Assembly (NCBI RefSeq): GCF_000143415.4
Contig: NW_003314454.1
Coordinates: 16,096-80,095, forward strand
From: Selaginella moellendorffii
Taxonomy: Eukaryota; Plantae; Lycopodiophyta
Length of the DNA: 64,000 nt
Direction: 5' to 3'
Under the pieces are notes generated by a model, which saw only the letters and a list, made by a program, of their open reading frames with translations, was not told the origin of the DNA and did no database searches. Below, in pieces: positions 1-11,483 of the stretch. The translations under genes and the position numbers were made by a program. Each line of letters opens with the position of its first letter. Position 1 is the stretch's first letter.

Positions 1-272
1 TGTCCCTTCGCTCCTTGGGCTTCATGCTCGGGAGTTGCTCCATGGTTCGGTTCTGTCACTCCTTGGCTCCATGCTTGGGAGTTTGGCACCGTTCCTTTGT
101 TCAGTGGCCCAAGGCCCTGAACCTCGGGTTCCTATGGACATGTGGCATGGACACGTGGCATGTGACACGTGGCATCTGTCACGTGGCACAAAGAGGGTTT
201 AGGTTCCGCTTTGTGGTGTTATCCTATGGTAAATCACCATAGGATAAAGGGTCAAAAACCACGTGCGCTACA
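1..272 (+). mobile_element. 3' part of family-1 Gypsy LTR (3' LTR or solo LTR, cut by window edge)
   Basis: Matches the 3' end of LTR 32204-33347; ends ...GTGCGCTACA at 272; not followed by a PBS. Confidence 0.9.
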
Positions 273-3200
273 ATGACATTCCACTATCCTAATAGAAGTT
301 GAATAAGGGAATTGGGGTAAACATGAAAAGAATGTTTACCAACAATTCATCAAACCTATTAAAAGATATATTTTTCTTATAGACTTAGATAGAAGTTGAC
401 TGATCCCCACTCTATGTAATTAAGAAAAAGTATAAGAAAGCAAAAACTAAATTATCTTATGTGCCTAGCTAGGCCAACAAATGATAAATTTAACGAAATT
501 GATTAAACAACTCGATAAGTTACCAAGCGAAATACTTAACAATATTCTGCTCAAAGTATACAAAAGTTTGACTCTTGATACCTTTACTATTGTTAAAGAA
601 GGTGTGATAATACATTTAGATTATTTTATAAGTACACAGTGTAAGCGAGACTTATATCTATGGAGTTACCTATACAAAAAGAAAATAGTACTAGAATTCT
701 TCCTAAATAGAGAGATAGTCTACATATTTGAGCTAAACACAAATCCTGAGTATTATAATCTACAAAATATTTATAAAATTTTGCTTACTAGATAATTGCT
801 ATAATTTTATGCAATTTCAGGCAAAAAAGCTATTATAAGAACTTTAACGGTGCACAATAAAGCTTGAATACCTATAGGCAGAAATACACTTACTGATAAT
901 TGGGCTAATAGATATTAGATCAATCCTGAATCTAGATTAATAAACAACAAAATTTTGCAGAGTAAAAATCTCTTAAAGTGGACCACACCTTAGTAAAATA
1001 GATATAATGTGGAAAACAATGTTTGTTGCTTAAGAAATTTTTAGGACTTTTGTATAAGAAAATGTCCTAGACTTTTAGCCTCTAAAGGAAAGCTATCCCT
1101 ATTTCAAAATTGATTGGGAAGTTAGGTGTTTGCTCCTAAAAGTGACTAATAGACTAATTTACAAAGAGAATACATCGCATACCAAAACCTTGTACCACTC
1201 ATTTCATGAACGAGGCATAATAACTAAGTTTGCCATAGTAACAATGTTAACATACCTTGAAATATATAAGCATAGACCAACAATTGATTTTACCTATAAA
1301 GCTTTAAAGGGCATAGTCCTTATGCATAAAATTATCACTGTCTATACCAAACAAGGTAATAGATATATAACATTTCTCTCACAATCTGATGAGCGGAAGG
1401 CAATTTAAAAGGAAGTATTCACAAGATCTAGAACAAAATTACAAAGCACTTGCTCGTGATATTTGTGATCTTAACCTCCCTTTAGAATAAACTAAATCAT
1501 TGCTCAATCAAACTAGAGAAAAACTTAAAATAGAGCGAACTAAATGTATATTGGGTACATCTCAATGAAGAAGAGATTAAAAATCTTAATACAACTTTGA
1601 CAGTTATTCAGAATACGTGAATACATACACTACTACTCTTTGGTAGCATTGGCATATAGAAAACACCTTTATTTCAGCTGAGAGTAGTGGAACACAAACA
1701 ACTAGAGTGATTCCCCACAAGGGGAATGTAAACAACTAAAAAGAATAACTTAAGAGACAATTCATGGGGTTCAAATATAGAGGGAAAAGGCCCATGAATA
1801 AAAGTGCACCCCTTTTTTCAATTGGTTAAGGATCTTGGGATGTTTGAAGTTAAGCGTCCTTAAGTTTGAATAGTACTAGGCTAAGTGACCTTCTGGGAAG
1901 ACCAAATTCAGGAGCTTACAAGGAAGAAGAGCTAAATTTACAACCCTTACCCTCTGATAATGATCCAAATTCTATTATAAACCAAACACTTGTTTTGCTT
2001 ATATAAGTTGCAAAATAGAGTATTTCCTGTCAAATTGTAATAAGCACAATAACAATTGTAGGAACAACAATAGGCACTGTTAGGGCGTGGCTATTGAGAG
2101 AGTGAGAGAGAGAAAGGGAATATTTTGGTCCTCAAAATATTCTCCATTTTCTTTATATAAAACCCTTGCCCCACAAGAGCAAAAAGGGGGCATTGGCAGA
2201 GAGCATTGAAGCATTTTTCATGTTTGAGCGAGCATTGGGGGAGGTGCCCTTCCTTCCCCCAACAAGCACTATCATCACATATCCATCCTTTTCTGGAATT
2301 AAAGGAGAATACATACAATTGCATATTGAGCAATACACAAACGCAATTAAGTTTAATCAAGTAGATGGATAGGAAAAGAATCTTTTCCCTTATATGCTAA
2401 AAAACAAGCCAAAGATTGGCACTATGACAATGATGTCAAAAAACTTGGCATATTTAATGAGTAGATAAAGTTTTTCCTTAAAACTTTCTCCATGGAAACA
2501 AACCCAGGAGAAAACTATAATGAGTTGGAAAAGCTTCATTAAGAAAACTTTGAGATAATTAAGGAATAAACAACTTGATTCAACAAGTGTTATAAATATT
2601 GTAAAGATTTAGTATTAAACAAAATGTGCCTACATCTATACATATAGAGCCTTAAGAAAACTTATCGTGAACATACGATAAAGAGAGTTTATATACATTT
2701 TGATGACTTGAAGAAAACTATAATTGTTTACCAAAATAAAATAATATAACATAGTAGATATAGTGAGATCAAACAAAAATACGCCTATAGACAGAAAATC
2801 AGTTGTCAAAGAAACCTCAAATTGCAAACCAATCTCAAACAAAGGATTTAGTGTACAAAATGCAAAAATGAAAGCCATAGCAAGGAAGAATGCAAATTCT
2901 AATTGATCAAGTGCCAAATTTATGAAAAAGAGAAGCATAAAGTTAAGGAATGTAGAACTTTGTTTAAACAACCAAGAAGGCATAATAAGGGATAAAACAA
3001 GGGATAAAACAATACTTAGGCAAAATTATTCATTTGATAATAGAAATTATTATAGAAGGAATGATTACAATGATAATTGAAGTGCCAAACGTGAATACCT
3101 ACATGCTGAAAGGCAAGATGACCATCAGGATTATCCGCCTAGGGTAATTTTCAAAATTATCCATCTAGACGTGAGGAAAATAAGCCTAGAGACTATAATT

Positions 3201-4369
3201 AACATAAAGAATACGATCGGCTAAAAGGCTACAATAAGCGTAGAGAATATGAAAGGGCAAAAGAGTATGATTAAGTTAAGACTTTTACTCGTTATCCTAA
3301 GTTATACAATCAAACTAAATCATCAAGCAAGAATGATAAGTTCTCTAAGGATTCACAACCTATAGCTAAGCACATTGAGGTAAAATGGTCAGATATAGAA
3401 AAGTTATTTAGCGTTTGTGTCATGACTAGAGCCCAACGAAGAAAAGTTGAATCTAAAAACCAAGATGAAGGGAGTGATGATGAAGTAGAAATCATCCCTA
3501 ACTCTCAATAGTGTCAAAACAAAAAAAAAAAAATCAATGCAGAAATCATTTAACAACTCCAAGATTTGGAACCACAAGTCGATTTAGAGGATGGTGATTC
3601 TAACATAGAAAGTCTCACATGTTTACAGGCTAATACGAATTTACCACTAGCGCAAAAGTAAAATCCTATACTAAAGCTAGATAGCAAGGATGGAAAGAAG
3701 GTAATGAAAGGCATTTTAAATGCTAAAATTACACACTCTAAACCAATTTTTCACTATAGCACATTACCTTAGAGATTCAAAGAGCTCTCGCGTAAGAAAG
3801 AAAAAACTTTAATTCATCTATAGTCATTATAATTGAGCCAGAGGAATGTGATAATAAAGTTTTTACAATTGATATAAAGATTAGCAAGAATTTATTATCT
3901 AGAACTTTCATCAATGGTGGCTCAAGCGTAAATATTCTAGAAGAGAGTATTTTCAAAGAATTAGGCTTAGGTCCAATTCAACCGGCCCCATTTAATATAC
4001 GAATAGAAAATGACTGAAGCATTAGGCCCATCAAAATTATTAAAAATGTCTTAACTAATGTGGCTAGCTTAAAGTATAAATTTAATTATGTTATGCTTAA
4101 AATGACAGGACGAGACTCTATCTACAAAACCCTATTAGGCAGACCTTGGCTAAAAATTGCTTGCATAAACCAAGATTGGAAAAATGGTTTCTTGTGTATA
4201 AAGCAGGGCAACCAAAAAGTTTTGTGCTTAATATTTTCACCATACAGTTGGAAAGGAAAAATCAACCCCTTAAAACTCAATTTTATGATTGGGAAGAAGG
4301 TTTAGACAATTTTAAAAAATAACAAATTTTAAAATCTTTCTCTAAAATTGAGTCAATTTCAATAATTGT
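273..4369 (+). mobile_element. Degenerate AT-rich Ty3/Gypsy (Athila/Tat-like) remnant: accessory ORF debris, gag-like region, aspartic protease
   Basis: Protease-like INGGSSVNIL (~3910-3940) and LLGRPWL (ORF 4060-4305); many stops and frameshifts. Confidence 0.65.
1727..1920 (+). mobile_element. Solo LTR of Cassandra-like TRIM with 5S rRNA-derived segment
   Basis: TGTAAAC...CTTACA termini; flanks GGGAA/AGGAA (TSD, 1 mismatch); 1848-1903 AGTTAAGCGTCCTT...TAGTACTAGG...GTGACCTTCTGGGAAGACC resembles the plant 5S A-box/IE/C-box region. Confidence 0.85.
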
Positions 4370-4599
4370 ATAATTGATTGTGAGAGGAATAATACGTTGA
4401 AATAAATCAAATTATGAGTGAGAGGTGCCGATTAATCATGAGAGTTGTAGCATTAATTGTTTATTCTCCCTCTCATCTCCATACTCTTTTCCCTTCAAAA
4501 GAGTTTCATTCTTTTGTGACAAGTGAGAGAAAGTCAAGGTTGGAAAGGTTGGTTCAAATTTTATTTGAAGTTTGATCAAGAGCCTCCAATTGTTTTCTC

Positions 4600-5908
4600 T
4601 AAGAGTGTTATAGGAGAGAGCTTCCTCTGCAAAAGGTTCAAGTTGAAGCCGAGATCAATTAGTTTGGAGAATGAATGTTGAGATAAAGATAATCAGATAG
4701 AAAAATCCATTCTTCATGACAGTGGTGTGGGAGAGAATGGGATTCAATGGGATCTTGATAGATGTACAGGTCAGAAGATTCTAGTTACAGAATTTCCAAA
4801 GCAAGCAGAGGAGAGTGTGTCAGTTTCATAGTCAACTGTGCAAGGAGTGAAGGATGAAATTGTTATTCTCTCCAGTGATGAAAGTGAAGAAGATGAGCTT
4901 CCCAACATAGCTTCCCAGACAAGTAGGTGCATTCCTTCTGGACCAGTTTTTGAAGCGGTGGAGAAGACATTTCAGCAATCTCAATCATTACAGTTGGAAT
5001 TGAAGGAGTTCCAATACATGAGAGGTGAGGAGCTTCTGTCTTCCTATAATAGGAATATATTCTTTAAATTTCCACTTGTCAGTTTGTCAAGCAGGAAGAG
5101 GGGCATGGAAACACGTCTTGATCCATATAATTGGTGCAGAGTAAAGACAACCCATTTCTCCCATTTCAACGGATTTGTGTCCATAGTCCATTGTAGTGGA
5201 CAGCTTCAATGTGTTGCTGAGAAATGCATTTCTGATCATGGCAAGAATATCTATTTCTTTGAAGGCTCAACGATCAATCCCCCTAAGCGTGATGAGGTTA
5301 CTATAGGGTTTAGATGTCGCAAATGCGGGGCAACACTTATGTGTCAAGCATGTTGCAATGCAAAAATGTATTATTTTCTTCCATGGGATGAATGTTTAGG
5401 AAGAGCAGCAGTGCATGTTAGATACCACCAACACGCAATAGAGGAAGGAATCCACTATGATTCTTTTTGCAATTTAAAAGCTGCAATTACTATAAAGGCT
5501 AGGAAGAAAAGTGCAGCAACTCCAAAGGGTGTTTAATAGTTTGTATTAAAGGACTATATGGTGGACACGTTGCTACAAGCTAATAGTAAAAAAGAGTTCA
5601 CGGAGAATAGCTTGAAGGACCTACTTCGAAATATAGAACCCGTGACAAATTTAAACAAGTATAAAATTAATACTTAACTCTACTTTATCACTAAAAACAC
5701 TCTTTTTTTTGGCAGAATAAAGGATTTGATGCGAGAAGGGTGAGATGGAAAGCTTCAATTTAGATTGGATGCGATTTTAAAGTTAAAAAGAAAATGTCCT
5801 TATGAGTTTATTCATGGGAGTTTGTTCATTGGCCAAGTGACTTTGAACAGTCAATGCCCTTTCATCTTTAAGATGTCCACCATTGGTCTTGCTTCTGGTG
5901 TGGACTTT
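4600..5908 (+). pseudogene. N-terminal half of MULE (MURA-like) transposase with GCM/WRKY-fold zinc finger
   Basis: ORF 4838-5536: W.R.KTT..CSGQLQC....C...CRKC....C..CCNA...HVRYHQH; continues past stops and an intron to FIFKMSTIGLASGVD (~5860-5905); truncated before the catalytic aspartates. Confidence 0.7.
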
Positions 5909-6299
5909 GTATTGGGGAGAAATTGACAAGAAAGAACAAAGATATTCTTCTGTATTGTGAGCATTAATTAGCTATGTCCTTGCAAAGGACAAGTTAATTA
6001 TTTTAACAAATTATACAACCGTTTAGAATCTAGAGAGATATGAGCCACCCATATTAATTATATAATTGATTGTGAGAGGAATAATATTGTTGAAATGAAT
6101 GTGGTTATGAGTGAGAAGCGCCAGTCAATCACAAAAGTTGTAGTATTGATTGTTTATTCTCCTTCTCATCTCCATGCTCTCTTCCCTTCAAGAGAGTTTC
6201 ATTCTTTTATGACAAGTGAGAGAGAGTCACACATAGAAAGGCTGGTTTGTAGGTAAGGTTTTTTTTCTTGACTTTTGTTTTCTCTTGAGGGATAGAGAT

Positions 6300-6726
6300 G
6301 TCGGTTTTTGTGTGAACCGACATCTCCTAGCATTCTATTCATTTTCTGTTTAACTTTTTGCCCATCTTTGCTTCGTTTTTTTGAATTTTTTTCCTTGTTG
6401 AAGGGGTGGGAAAGATTGGTTTGCTTGCGAACCGACATCTCCCCACCTTCATTTTTTCTAGAAGTGAGCTTTCTTGATTTTTTTCATGTTTCTAGTGGTG
6501 AGATCTCTATATTTTAGAAAACAAAGAGAGATAAAAATGTCAGTTCTTGTGTGAACCGACATCTTCAAGGTTTTTTTTTTATTTCATTGACTTGATGGGG
6601 CATTTCATGTGAAAATTAGAGGGTGGAAGATGTTGGTTCTTGCGCGAACTGACCTCTCCCATATTCTTGTTGTGTTTTTCCTTTTTCTTAAGAGGTAGGG
6701 TGAGGTCGGTTCTCGTGCAAACCAAC
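6300..6726. promoter_or_regulatory. Palindrome array (5 x GTCGGTTC-N6-GAACCGAC, decayed), MULE copy A
   Basis: Units at ~6300, 6415, 6539, 6632, 6705; collinear with 10908-11334. Confidence 0.85.
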
Positions 6727-6875
6727 CTCTCCTAGTGACTTATGTTTTTTTCCTTTGCATTTCTTGTAATTTACAATCTATTTTTCACATCTTATACTTA
6801 CAAACTTTTCTTGTGAGAGCAAATATAAATCAAGCTTGACTGCCTAAAACTTCCAATAAGGAACTTAAACTTAAA

Positions 6876-8645
6876 ATGCCATAGGTTTGCTTTACATTAC
6901 ATGTTAGATGTTATAATATTTTTGCTTTTTATTTTAGAGGAAGCGCCGAGGCTAGCTTCAATGGTCTCGGTCTCCAGGAAACTTGATCATTGTGGGCTTG
7001 GCCAATTGAGTGGAGATTCATCTCAAGTATCCAATGAAATTTCTGCTAGTCATGTTGGAGGCAACAATGAGCATAACAATGACGTGGATGTTGAGATGAA
7101 CACTCAAATCGATGTTGGTGTTATTGAGACTGTTGGTACTGGTGCTCTTGAGGCTGTGGCTACTGGTGGTGGAGTACTTGCATTTGATGTTGGTGGTGGT
7201 GGGGGTGTTGTGCCTTTAGTTGCTGAGGCTGCTCGCGGCAAGGTAGATGAACCAGCTAAGGAGGTTATTGATAGCATTGTAGGTGGATTTACTGCAGAGG
7301 CTATGGAGGGCATGGTAGTTGCTCCTACTGCTCCTCAAGTTGGTGGTGCAAGGGGAGCTAGTGGTGGTGAGGGATTATGCATGCATGATTTTGACACCAT
7401 TTTGAATGATCGTGTTCAGAACACGATTATCCAAGCTCAAGAACGGACAGTTAGTAAGTGTTATAAAAAATGGCGTGGAATGGCCCTCATCGATTTCTAG
7501 TTCCTTTGTGCCGGTTGGTTCAAAGCCATTGGGTGCGCTCAGCTTACGACCTCAACATGGCTATCTACAGCTCCTTTGCCGAGATCAGGTTTGGGAGCAC
7601 AATTGATACCTTTATCGTTTCACGAAATTTCCGTGGAACTGGCTGGACAGAGTCAGTGACTATTGAACTTGAGGAAAAATGGGATCTTATATGGCTGCGA
7701 AAGTTTCGTGAGTTTGATGGATTCTTAGGACAACATGTGGAGACAACAGAGTTCATTGGAAAACTCTTTTGGTTGATCAATGGAAACCATAGGTTGCTAG
7801 CATTTTAGAAGTGCATTCAAGAGAAGTTTCGAGATGACAAAGAATGACACATTAGTGTTTCAGTCACACTTGTCGAACCAATGACTCGGGAGCACACTAT
7901 GAAGCTCAACATGGCATGCCATAAGATCAACATGTAAGAATTTATTTTTTGTAAACTTAGCTAATCTCGTGTTTTTGCAAGCTAAACCAATTTGTGTTTC
8001 AAGCTCATACATTGGTACATGACATTGAGCACCTTCAGTTTATTGGCATGCTCTCGCTAGAGGAGGTCCAAACGTTGTACAATCGTGAGGTATTTGAAGC
8101 AATTTGAGTGAAGCTAGCAACTAAGAAAGGCCAAGAATTGCAAACTTGGTACTAGCTGCCACTTGATTTTCTAGTTGCTGTCTGGGCGAAGGTAAATTAG
8201 TATTGAAGTATGTATCAACTTACATAATATTTCTTGCAGCCCATAATCAAAGGAGAAAGAGTGTCATTCTTTAAAAATGCCCGAGGGGACGAGCAATAGA
8301 AGGAGATGGAGTGGCATGTGATTGACCAGCGAATTTTGAATACAAAGAGAACAAAGGTGAAAAAGTTGCTCTTGATTGCAGACATACGATGTGGGTAGGA
8401 ATGACTTGATAACATTGCCAAGAATTGTTCTCGTGTTCGTTAAGTTTTTCTAAAATTTGTGAAACATTTCATAACTCTTTGTGTGTATAGGAATTGGTAA
8501 AGCACCAGAGAAACTCATTTACAACATTTCCAAGAGTAAAATGTCCTTTGCTGAACAAAATGTCTACTTGGAACTTCTCAACACTTGGCTACGAAACAAC
8601 AAAAAATGCTGCGAGATAAAGATGGAGAAGGTGATGAAGGAGAAG
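6876..8645 (+). pseudogene. ParB-like/amino-methyltransferase cargo gene, copy A, 5' part (contains ParB-like INGNHRLLAF)
   Basis: ATG 6876, short GT-AG introns, FWLINGNHRLLAF at 7767-7805 followed by ...MACHKIN; collinear with 11484-12935; interrupted by the copy B insertion; frameshifts and stops. Confidence 0.8.
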
Positions 8646-8846
8646 GAGCCTGGGTAGGTTTTGAGCTCATGAGCTCACGAGCTGAGCTCATGAGCTGAGC
8701 TCACGGCTTCTCAAACACAAGAAAAACATTGGTTCGTCCCGAACCAACATCTTTCCATTCTTCAAATTTTGATTTAATCTATATTTCCAAGTAAATTCGA
8801 CTAATAAAATACAAATATAAATATAGATCCGAACACTAAAAGCAAT

Positions 8847-10377
8847 CTAAAAACACTTCTCAAGCTCCGCAACTGTAAGGCTTGCCTGGTGGATGTGATG
8901 GTCGATCTTAGGATCTTGGTTTAGTTCCTGCATAAAAATGTAATAGATGTGCTTGCAGGCTAAATATACCTTTCCCCTGTTCTCCCGCTGTGTAAAATCT
9001 GGACAGGTACAGGATGGATTTTCGCAGATTTTAACAGTGTAGCTCGTACCCTTTGATGACTCAGTCACAATAATAAACTCCTTAGCCATAGCACTGATGT
9101 AGTTTGTCTTTGTGATTGTGCACTTTAGCTCTTTTGCCAGCTTGATCTTCTCTTGTGCACCTTTCGAAATGGAAGACCTGTATTGTATAGCCTTCCCATT
9201 CCTAGCTGGTCGTGTATGCCGGTCTAGTGTTGATATTGGTGGCATAGCAGTACTAACAGCAACATTTGAGGAAGTCTTTAGCTTGAAACCTGCTCTCTCC
9301 AGACTTTCAATCTCTTCTTTCAAAAGATTGCAGCTTCGCTCAACTGGCCACTCCTCTGGCACAGAATCTGGCTTCAAAATAATTGAGCTGTGGATCCGGC
9401 TTGTATGAGTAACATCAGTCCCACAACAGTAGACCCAGCTTGACTGGCGGCCCTTCACTCCTAGATCTCGACAGCCCTAGAAACATGGCACTGCTGAAGA
9501 ACTTGAACCTGAGCGCACAAAAGCGAGACACTGACCTCGACTCCCAATCATTCCAGAGCAACGTGCATTGCTCTTGGCACTGACTCTTCGAATTGCCCAG
9601 TTGATACGAGAAACTGGCTCGCGAGAAATAACCTTTTCAACCTCTGGCACTGGACTTACTTGTGTAACAACTGGCACCTCCTCCACTCCATGTTCCTTAG
9701 TTCTTTTCCGGTGTCGTGGAACAGAATGGTAGTCAAACTCTGGACGGTGAGAGCTAGAAGGAGTGATGTTTGACCCATCAAATGTCTGTCGACGCTTCAT
9801 ACGGGCTGTTCTCATGTCCCCAAGTGGCTCATAACTTGATTTCATAGGAGTTCCAGCAACAACTTCCTCCACCATCTTGGACATTGACCCTGCTGTTGGT
9901 GTTGTCCTTCTACCAACCCGCTCTTGAAGCCTGTCTAAGTTCGGACCTGTACCAGCAAACCTTGCTTCCTGTGCAGCCAAAGCTTTTGATGATTGCTCAA
10001 GAGATCTAGTGAGGTCGGAGAGTGTAGCTTCATAGAGGGACACTTTTCCTTTCCCTGCTTCGGAAGCTCTCCAACTCCAATGTTTGCTCTCAGAGAGATT
10101 AATTGTTGGTGTAAGTGCAATATCATCAAGTGGTTGATCCTACAAAAAATGCAACATTTGAATGTGACAAGAAAGAAAATGAGAGAAAGCTTACATGGAG
10201 AGTATAATGACCCCACTGAAACATTCGAACTTCCCACCATGCAAGCCAGCATTCCATTTGTGGAAGGTTTTCAATTGGCACTTTGTCTCCTTCACGCCAC
10301 CATATGCGCATTTCATTTGCCTTTGCCTCGTGCTCCTCTTTAGTTGGTGCATCCATCCATTTCCGACAAAGCTTTTC
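8847..10377 (-). pseudogene. C-terminal half of MULE transposase (catalytic-Glu region + SWIM zinc finger)
   Basis: WLAWWEVRMFQWG, ~55-bp intron (10140-10194), PTINLSESKHWSW (N..ES.H motif), one in-frame TAG at 9477-9479, then SWIM PSCTCPDF...ACKHIYY (~8940-9020); N-terminal half deleted at ~10377. Confidence 0.85.
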
Positions 10378-10812
10378 GCGAACCAACCTTTTCGAGCTTG
10401 AGTCTCTCTCACTCGTCACAAAAGAATGAAACTCTCTTGAAGGGAAGAGAGCATGGAGATAAGAGGGAGAACAAAAAATCAATGCTACAACTTTTGTGAT
10501 TGATTGGCGCTTCTCACTCATAACCACATTCATTTCAACATTATTATTCCTCTCACAATCAATTATACATATCTTAATATCTAAAGCATTGAATGATTGT
10601 GTCCATTGATCACCATCAAAGAGAATGAAAATCATGGCCATTGATCGTGACTGTTGATCGCGTCCGTTGATTTTTAGGGTTTTACGCCTAGGGTTTGAGC
10701 AGCAAAGGGCGAAAGAAAGGCGCGCTTGAGCAGGGAAGGGCGAGAGAAAGGCGCTTCAATCAAGCAATGTGCTTCAAGACGCTCCTCAAACAAGGTATGC
10801 TTCCTTGAGAAG

Positions 10813-11334
10813 GTCGGTTCGCGCGCGAACCGACGTCTCCTCACTTTCTTTCTTCCATTAGAAGTTTCTATTTTCTCAACTTTTGTTTTCTCTTGAGGGA
10901 TAGAGATGTCGGTTCTTGTGCGAACCGACATCTCCTAGCATTCTATTTCATTTTCTATTTAGCTTTTTGCCCATCTCTACCTCGTTTTTTTTTTTTTTTC
11001 CTTGTTGAAGGGGTGGGAAAGATCGGTTCGCGCGCGAACCGACGTCTCCCCACCTTCATTTTTTCTAGAAGCGAGCTTTCTTGATTTTTTTCATGTTTCT
11101 AGTGGTGAGATTTCTATATTTTAGAAAACAGAGAGAGATTGAAATGTCGGTTCTTGTGCGAACCGACATCTTCAAGGTTTTTTTTTTTATTTCATTGACT
11201 TGATGGGGCATTTCATGTGAAAATTAGAGGGTGGAAGATGTCGGTTCTTGCGCGAACCGACCTCTCCCGTATTCTTGTTGTGTTTTTCCTTTTTCTTGAG
11301 AGGTAGGGTGAGGTCAGTTCTCGCGCGAACCAAC
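10813..11334. promoter_or_regulatory. Array of six 22-bp palindromes GTCGGTTC-N6-GAACCGAC upstream of cargo gene (copy B)
   Basis: Units at 10813, 10908, 11022, 11146, 11240, 11313; the first is the perfect palindrome GTCGGTTCGCGCGCGAACCGAC. Confidence 0.92.
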
Positions 11335-11483
11335 CTCTCCCAGTGACTTATGTTTTTTTCCTTTGCATTTCTTGTAGTTTACAATCTATTTTTCACATCT
11401 TTTACTTACAAACTTTTCTTGTGAGAGCAGATATAAATCAAGCTTGACTGCTTGAAACTTCCAAAAAGGGACTTGAACTTCAA

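Noticed and set aside
15-242. Recurrent small ORFs (…GFRFRFVVLSYGKSP etc.)
   Set aside because: Recur only because they lie in family-1 LTR copies; no domain features.
1848-1903. 5S rRNA gene
   Set aside because: Only the internal promoter half, embedded in a TSD-flanked LTR; not a full 5S gene.
10813-11334. CRISPR-like appearance (palindromic repeats with spacers)
   Set aside because: Spacers are long and variable, homologous between copies, with no cas genes; eukaryotic TE context.
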